Virus record (IMG/VR): IMGVR_UViG_3300009498_000024
Location: 1 to 31,120 of that record
Source: a virus
Lineage: Duplodnaviria; Caudoviricetes
DNA: 31,120 nt
Strand: one strand, 5' to 3'
Of the stretch, positions 26,699 to 31,120 are shown piece by piece. The notes beneath the pieces are model-generated. The model did not search any database. It saw only the letters and a program-made list of their open reading frames with translations, and was not told the DNA's origin. How positions within the stretch are numbered: the first letter of the stretch is position 1; the number at the start of each line of letters is the position of its first letter. The translations under genes and the position numbers were made by a program.

Positions 26699-27456
26699 TA
26701 TTTAGCGTGTCCATGTATGGTGGCTACTGCACTTGCAGCTGAACCAGCTTTAGCTTGAATTTTAGTATATTTAAAAAACGAAGTTCCTGATATTTGACCT
26801 TTTGAATCAACAGCTACGGTTATCTCAGGTGTTTCAGCATCAATCCAAGTGCTGTTATCGTTAGATACTTGAACTTTACATACTACAGTTGTTGAAGAAG
26901 TTCCAGGTACATCTATAACATAACTAAACAAACCTTGCGTTGTAGTTTGTAAGTCCGCACCGCTGACATCAGCATAGGTAGTGCTACTACTAGAAAAACT
27001 TGCACCAGTAAATGAGTCAACAGGAGTAGTAGCTGCAACGTCTCCATCAACAGTTATAACTCCACTGCCATCATCTATACTTATAGTTCCACCACCATCC
27101 GATATAGTTACTGTTCCATCAACTGTTATTGAATTTCCACCGTCATCAATAGAAATATTACCACCACCATCGTCTATGCTAATTGTACCTCCACCGTCTG
27201 ATATTGTTACGGTTGGAGTGGTAAGAACATCTACTTGTAAATGACCACTTGAATCTGTTGTTAATTTTCTATTTGCTGAACCATCATTACCATAAACAAG
27301 AACATCGTCTGTTGAATTGTCTAAATCAACTTCTACGCTTACATCTCCACCCTCTGTTGTAAGGGTGACGTTATCTATATCTACTTTTAACGCATCTTTA
27401 TCCGTGTTTAAAACTTTGTTTAAAACTTCTTTTGTTTGAAATTCTGGAAATGCCAT
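26698..27456 (-). CDS. Virion structural protein with ISIDDGGG repeats
   Basis: TISDGGGTISIDDGGGNISIDDGGNSITVDGTVTISDGGGTISIDDGSGVITVDG; AGGAG SD. Confidence 0.7.
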   Translation of the reverse strand: MAFPEFQTKEVLNKVLNTDKDALKVDIDNVTLTTEGGDVSVEVDLDNSTDDVLVYGNDGSANRKLTTDSSGHLQVDVLTTPTVTISDGGGTISIDDGGGNISIDDGGNSITVDGTVTISDGGGTISIDDGSGVITVDGDVAATTPVDSFTGASFSSSSTTYADVSGADLQTTTQGLFSYVIDVPGTSSTTVVCKVQVSNDNSTWIDAETPEITVAVDSKGQISGTSFFKYTKIQAKAGSAASAVATIHGHAK

Positions 27457-27491
27457 ATTATACTCCTAAACCTCCACCACCGCCTCTAGGG

Positions 27492-27941
27492 CTATCTTAA
27501 ATCTGCTGGCATAATTCTTCTTGGGCCGCCAGTCTTATCCCGTTTTTTCATACCAAATCTTCTTATAGCTTCGTTCCATTTATTCTCATGGTTTTTAGCC
27601 ATAGCCATTGCAATTGAAGATATATTTCCATCTGGTGATGTACCAGCTTTATCTTGGTATAATCTAAATTTTACATAATCAACTAATGATGAGTGCATAG
27701 TATTATCTAAGTCTGGACTTGCATCTATACCAGTTGCTCCAGGTATTCCTAAAGCAGCATTTGGCTCAGAATAATAATGCACTAAAACTCCATTAGTAAC
27801 AGCCTCATCAATAGGTTTATAATCACCTAATCTATGGTGAACTGTACCCTCATCACTCCCATTAGTGGTAACAATTGCCAGGTTATCTCCTTTAATAAAC
27901 CAAGCAATAAAATCTTCTGGATTATTGTAACTGCTAGCCAT
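27492..27941 (-). CDS. Head-tail adaptor-like protein (resembles a C-terminal half)
   Basis: WFIKGDNLAI...HYYSEP...PDLD..MHSSLVDYVK..LY. Confidence 0.5.
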   Translation of the reverse strand: MASSYNNPEDFIAWFIKGDNLAIVTTNGSDEGTVHHRLGDYKPIDEAVTNGVLVHYYSEPNAALGIPGATGIDASPDLDNTMHSSLVDYVKFRLYQDKAGTSPDGNISSIAMAMAKNHENKWNEAIRRFGMKKRDKTGGPRRIMPADLR

Positions 27942-28246
27942 TAGTCTATATCCATTGTTTGTATTTCATTGTTTAATAATCTAGGTATTTTAACGTAATC
28001 ACCGCTTGAGTCCATAAAATCAACTCGATATACTTTGTTAATATCTGCTCCACTTTCATCACCAATTGCGTACCATTGCTGGTCTGCAACTGTAGTAGTT
28101 TTTGCATACTCTACTTTAGTATTGTATCTTCCAGCTTCAACCAACGCTTCGTTAATTAAGCTAATCATATAAGTTTGTGGAGCATTAGGAAAAACCTCTC
28201 TTACTCTAGATAAAATTTCTTTAATAGTTAATTTATGTACAGCCAT
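27941..28246 (-). CDS. Head-tail adaptor-like protein (resembles an N-terminal half)
   Basis: TIKEILSRVR...LINEAL...WYAI...INKVYRV. Confidence 0.5.
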   Translation of the reverse strand: MAVHKLTIKEILSRVREVFPNAPQTYMISLINEALVEAGRYNTKVEYAKTTTVADQQWYAIGDESGADINKVYRVDFMDSSGDYVKIPRLLNNEIQTMDID

Positions 28247-28256
28247 TTTTAATCCT

Positions 28257-28343
28257 TTAAATTACCACAATTGTCCAAGAAGCAGTTGTAGTTGGAGTAC
28301 TAACTGACCAAGAAGCTGTTGATGTTATTGTTACAACTGTCAT
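28257..28343 (-). CDS. Thr/Ser-rich 28-aa peptide (not in ORF track)
   Basis: MTVVTITSTASWSVSTPTTTASWTIVVI; AGGAG upstream and ATGA overlap; TASW occurs twice. Confidence 0.5.
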   Translation of the reverse strand: MTVVTITSTASWSVSTPTTTASWTIVVI

Positions 28344-29596
28344 GATTTATAATCTCCTCTCATAATCTGAATACCTTTTTCGTAATCAATTTGTAATTTT
28401 GCTTGTTGTTTTTCCATCCAAGAATATTCTGTGCTATCTACAGCAAGTCTAGTTTGAATCTCATTGATATAACCTTGTGCTGACGCTAAATACGTTTGAG
28501 CTGCTTGAGCATAAGCACCAGCTGATGCAAAATAACCATTCCACACCTGAGCCTTTGAGCTTGTCCAAGTTCCTCTTGCCTGTACTTCACTGGCAAAACC
28601 TTGAGCCTGAGACAATGCTCCTTGCAATATGGAGTTCCATTCAGATAAATGAGTTTGAGCTCTTTGTATTTCTGTTTGAGCAATATTTAAAGCAGATGTT
28701 ACTATCTCAGTATCTTCATTTGCTTGAGCTCCATATGCATCAGTTGCAGAACTTGGCTGGTTGTTGTTAATAACGTTTTCAGCGTTATCTACAGCTGATT
28801 TTACCCTAGTTAATTGAGAGCTAGCAGTTAAAAATGTATCTTCGTCATCAAAGTTGTAAGTATTAATTTGACCTAGAGCATTTGTAATTGCATCTGCAGC
28901 TGTTTTAAACTCTGAACTAGTAGTGTCAGTATCGTCTGCTGACTCAGTTACTTCGGCAACACCTAAAGCAATGTTAGCTACCATTTTACCAGCATCTTCT
29001 ATTTCATCTTCTGCATTTACTACAGATGCCGTAACCCTTCCTAAAGCAGTTGTAATATCAGTATTACCAGACTTATCTGCTAAAGCTGCTTGCAAAGATT
29101 TAATAGATGCGTAAAGAACAATTAAGTATTCATAGTCATCTGGAAATTCTGCTATAGCACTATCGCTTTGTCCTACAGTGTTAAATTGCAGAATTGCATA
29201 CTTACAACTTCCAGATGCTGGTAAGGCATTAACTTGATTGCCACTAGTATACCAAACTGGGTCGTTAACTGTAGCAGCAAACATTTCTGAGCTATCAGTT
29301 GCTCTTGCAGCTAACCTTCTAGAAATTTTTCTACAAGGCTGGTCTATCGTTCCATCGTTTCTAGTCACCCAAAGAACTTCTCCACTTTCATGGTTAGCAG
29401 ACTCACTGCCAACAGCTGTGCTTGTAAAGGTTGATACTGTATGACCGTGTCTAGCCATTTTAATACTCATAGGCATAGCGTTTGTTACCTCACGCCTACC
29501 TTCAGTTAACAACTCGGTAAGTTGATTTTCAGTAACAGGTTGACCAGTATCAATCGTTAATTTTGTTGTTGCTTCAACTCTATCTTTAAAAGCCAT
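28340..29596 (-). CDS. Adaptor-like structural protein with a long helical extension
   Basis: DPVWY...ALP, FPDDYEYLIVLYAS, then an Ala/Gln-rich helical region with AQGFASEVQAR / AQGYINEIQTR repeats. Confidence 0.55.
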   Translation of the reverse strand: MAFKDRVEATTKLTIDTGQPVTENQLTELLTEGRREVTNAMPMSIKMARHGHTVSTFTSTAVGSESANHESGEVLWVTRNDGTIDQPCRKISRRLAARATDSSEMFAATVNDPVWYTSGNQVNALPASGSCKYAILQFNTVGQSDSAIAEFPDDYEYLIVLYASIKSLQAALADKSGNTDITTALGRVTASVVNAEDEIEDAGKMVANIALGVAEVTESADDTDTTSSEFKTAADAITNALGQINTYNFDDEDTFLTASSQLTRVKSAVDNAENVINNNQPSSATDAYGAQANEDTEIVTSALNIAQTEIQRAQTHLSEWNSILQGALSQAQGFASEVQARGTWTSSKAQVWNGYFASAGAYAQAAQTYLASAQGYINEIQTRLAVDSTEYSWMEKQQAKLQIDYEKGIQIMRGDYKS

Positions 29597-29599
29597 TTA

Positions 29600-29689
29600 T
29601 TAATATCTTCTTGCTTTTTTATTAGTATTTTTCTTTTTACTTTTTTTGTTGTTTTTTGGTTTTTTGCCGTACCCTTTTTTGCCGTACAT
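29600..29689 (-). CDS. Lys-rich 29-aa peptide (not in ORF track)
   Basis: MYGKKGYGKKPKNNKKSKKKNTNKKARRY; GGAGG upstream; ends just before the next start. Confidence 0.5.
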   Translation of the reverse strand: MYGKKGYGKKPKNNKKSKKKNTNKKARRY

Positions 29690-29756
29690 CTTTTTTCTTT
29701 CCTCCAGTCATAGACTGACTAGAAACAGTTTTTAAACCTTTTCCAAATCTACTCAT
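29637..29756 (-). CDS. Basic 39-aa peptide (not in ORF track)
   Basis: MSRFGKGLKTVSSQSMTGGKKKDVRQKRVRQKTKKQQKK; overlaps the previous stop. Confidence 0.45.
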   Translation of the reverse strand: MSRFGKGLKTVSSQSMTGGKKKDVRQKRVRQKTKKQQKK

Positions 29757-29955
29757 CCATACCCCAGGCTTGGTTTCTCATTTTATTAACACTTTCCTCC
29801 ATACCGATAGTGTTAAATTCTACATCGGTTCTCGCCCCTCTGTCAGTTCTCATCCAAGAGTTTGTAGTAAATTTTGGAGCAGACGCTCTTTTACCACATC
29901 CTCTGCAATAAAACCAACTCTCTTTATTAGGCTTATTACAATGTTGACAGTTCAT
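29749..29955 (-). CDS. Zinc-ribbon protein
   Basis: CQHC...WFYCRGCG. Confidence 0.7.
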   Translation of the reverse strand: MNCQHCNKPNKESWFYCRGCGKRASAPKFTTNSWMRTDRGARTDVEFNTIGMEESVNKMRNQAWGMDE

Positions 29956-30164
29956 TATGAACCAGAAACTACCATTGTCATTACCCTCTCACCATTCATA
30001 GGGCAATGCGATATCGATATAATTGCATTATTAGTAGAATCTAAACTAACAATATAATCATACACATCTTTAGATATATCTCCAGCAGAATTAGATTTGC
30101 TTCCTGGTTTAGCAGGGTGAACAAAAACTTTTACATCTGTATTTGATGAATTATAATCAGCCAT
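29955..30164 (-). CDS. Hypothetical protein
   Basis: AAGGA SD; 69 aa. Confidence 0.65.
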   Translation of the reverse strand: MADYNSSNTDVKVFVHPAKPGSKSNSAGDISKDVYDYIVSLDSTNNAIISISHCPMNGERVMTMVVSGS

Positions 30165-30191
30165 TTTTTTTCCTTAATTTAAAAATTTTTA

Positions 30192-30236
30192 GGATGTTTG
30201 GGGCTAAACCTTTGTACGAATAGCCCCACAGTATCC
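30192..30236 (-). other. Intergenic stem-loop downstream of the capsid genes (attenuator or mRNA-stabilising element)
   Basis: TGGGGCTA (30199-30206) / TAGCCCCA (30221-30228) plus outer GGAT/ATCC. Confidence 0.6.
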
Positions 30237-30263
30237 AAAACTGTCAATCCTTATTTATTCGGA

Positions 30264-30692
30264 TTATGAGATAGTGATATGTGCTACATCATGAGCAGTA
30301 GCTTTTGCATAGTAATAAGTACCATCGCAAACTAGCTCTACTGTATCACCAAGTTGTGCACCACTAATAATTCCAATCTCATCTACTGCTGATTCAGCTG
30401 AGTTTCCAGCACTGCCATCTGCTCCAACTGTCATACCAACAATAGTATCTTCTGATGTATTATTAGCAATCGTTACTTTGTTTGCTGCAACTTGACTTAC
30501 AACAAACTTAGCATTCCAACCAGCACCAGCATCTGCTGCTAATGGTAGGGTAATTGTGTAGGCACTATCTTGCTCGACACCAAAACATTTACCAGAATCT
30601 TGTGCTGTCAATGTTTTAGCTTCGTTGATAATAACCCACTTCTTAGCTACATCACTTGCGCCACTATTTTCATTTAGATAATCAGTTAACAT
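30264..30692 (-). CDS. Putative capsid decoration / minor head protein
   Basis: AAGGAGG before ATG 30692; KTLT..DSGK...TITLP motif; directly after the major capsid gene. Confidence 0.6.
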   Translation of the reverse strand: MLTDYLNENSGASDVAKKWVIINEAKTLTAQDSGKCFGVEQDSAYTITLPLAADAGAGWNAKFVVSQVAANKVTIANNTSEDTIVGMTVGADGSAGNSAESAVDEIGIISGAQLGDTVELVCDGTYYYAKATAHDVAHITIS

Positions 30693-30703
30693 ATTAAACC
30701 TCC

Positions 30704-31120
30704 TTACGCTGATTCTACTTCGTAGAGTGCATGACACTCAGGAAGTGTTATTTCAAGACCAGCTTCGGTTATAACCATATCTTTACGTAAGTCTTCGTCT
30801 GAATTCTGTACGTTAGTGATAATATGAGTATCTCTATTTAGACCGTTTCCAACTAGTGGGCGGTATTGTAGTTTGCTCATATCAGCCATTAACATAAATC
30901 CAGAAGCTAAGCCTCTAAATAATGGTTCTTTAACTAAGTGCATTGTTCCATGAACAGTATCAATAGTCATAATTCTATGACCAAAAGCGCCCTGTCTTTC
31001 TTCAAAGTTATAGCGATTAGGCATATTAGCAGCAGAACCCATAGATGCATCCATAAACGCACCATCACCCAACTTGTTAAAGAAGGTAATTACAGGTAAT
31101 GAAGCTAGAACTAATCTATC
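30704..31120 (-). CDS. Major capsid protein, C-terminal part (SU10 / DUF5309-like); 5' end lies outside the window
   Basis: Frame is open to the window edge; IDTVHGTMHLV.EPL, YRPL, KDMVITEAGLEI..PE.HA. Confidence 0.8.
   Translation of the reverse strand, partial: DRLVLASLPVITFFNKLGDGAFMDASMGSAANMPNRYNFEERQGAFGHRIMTIDTVHGTMHLVKEPLFRGLASGFMLMADMSKLQYRPLVGNGLNRDTHIITNVQNSDEDLRKDMVITEAGLEITLPECHALYEVESA

Noticed and set aside
10167-30057. Plus-strand ORFs in the late block (e.g. 13349-13690, 15017-15448, 26981-27244) and nested 16834-17028 and 28486-28683
   Set aside because: Shadows of, or out-of-frame within, a continuous coupled minus-strand operon
1-31120. Stop-codon reassignment suggested by frequent TAG-containing words
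   Set aside because: Genes are intact and tightly packed under the standard code, and TAG, TGA and TAA all end genes

Overview
AT-rich segment of a tailed bacteriophage genome with short-tailed (podovirus-like) architecture, resembling uncultured aquatic phages; the host cannot be determined. There are two convergent blocks. The + strand (1-9926) carries early, recombination and replication genes: a pyrimidine-dimer glycosylase-like protein, a class II glutamine amidotransferase and an amidoligase (both with CxxC arrays), a Cas4-like exonuclease, a Sak3-type annealase, an SSB-like protein, a Holliday junction resolvase, DnaB, an HExxH peptidase and a ribosomal protein bS21 gene that the ORF track missed. 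The - strand (31120 down to 9929) is one long, translationally coupled late operon: major capsid 3' end, decoration protein, adaptor-like proteins, tail fibre, membrane/lysis genes with an M15 endolysin, tail nozzle, internal virion proteins, very basic small proteins and putative cargo proteins. The most notable signals are: an intergenic hairpin whose loop is antisense to a ribosome-binding site plus start codon; a second, larger structured RNA candidate; phage bS21; a coupled 12-aa peptide MSDCCCCCGCKK; a shared N-terminal motif on internal/cargo proteins; and no GATC found by eye. All family assignments come from motif recognition, not database searches.
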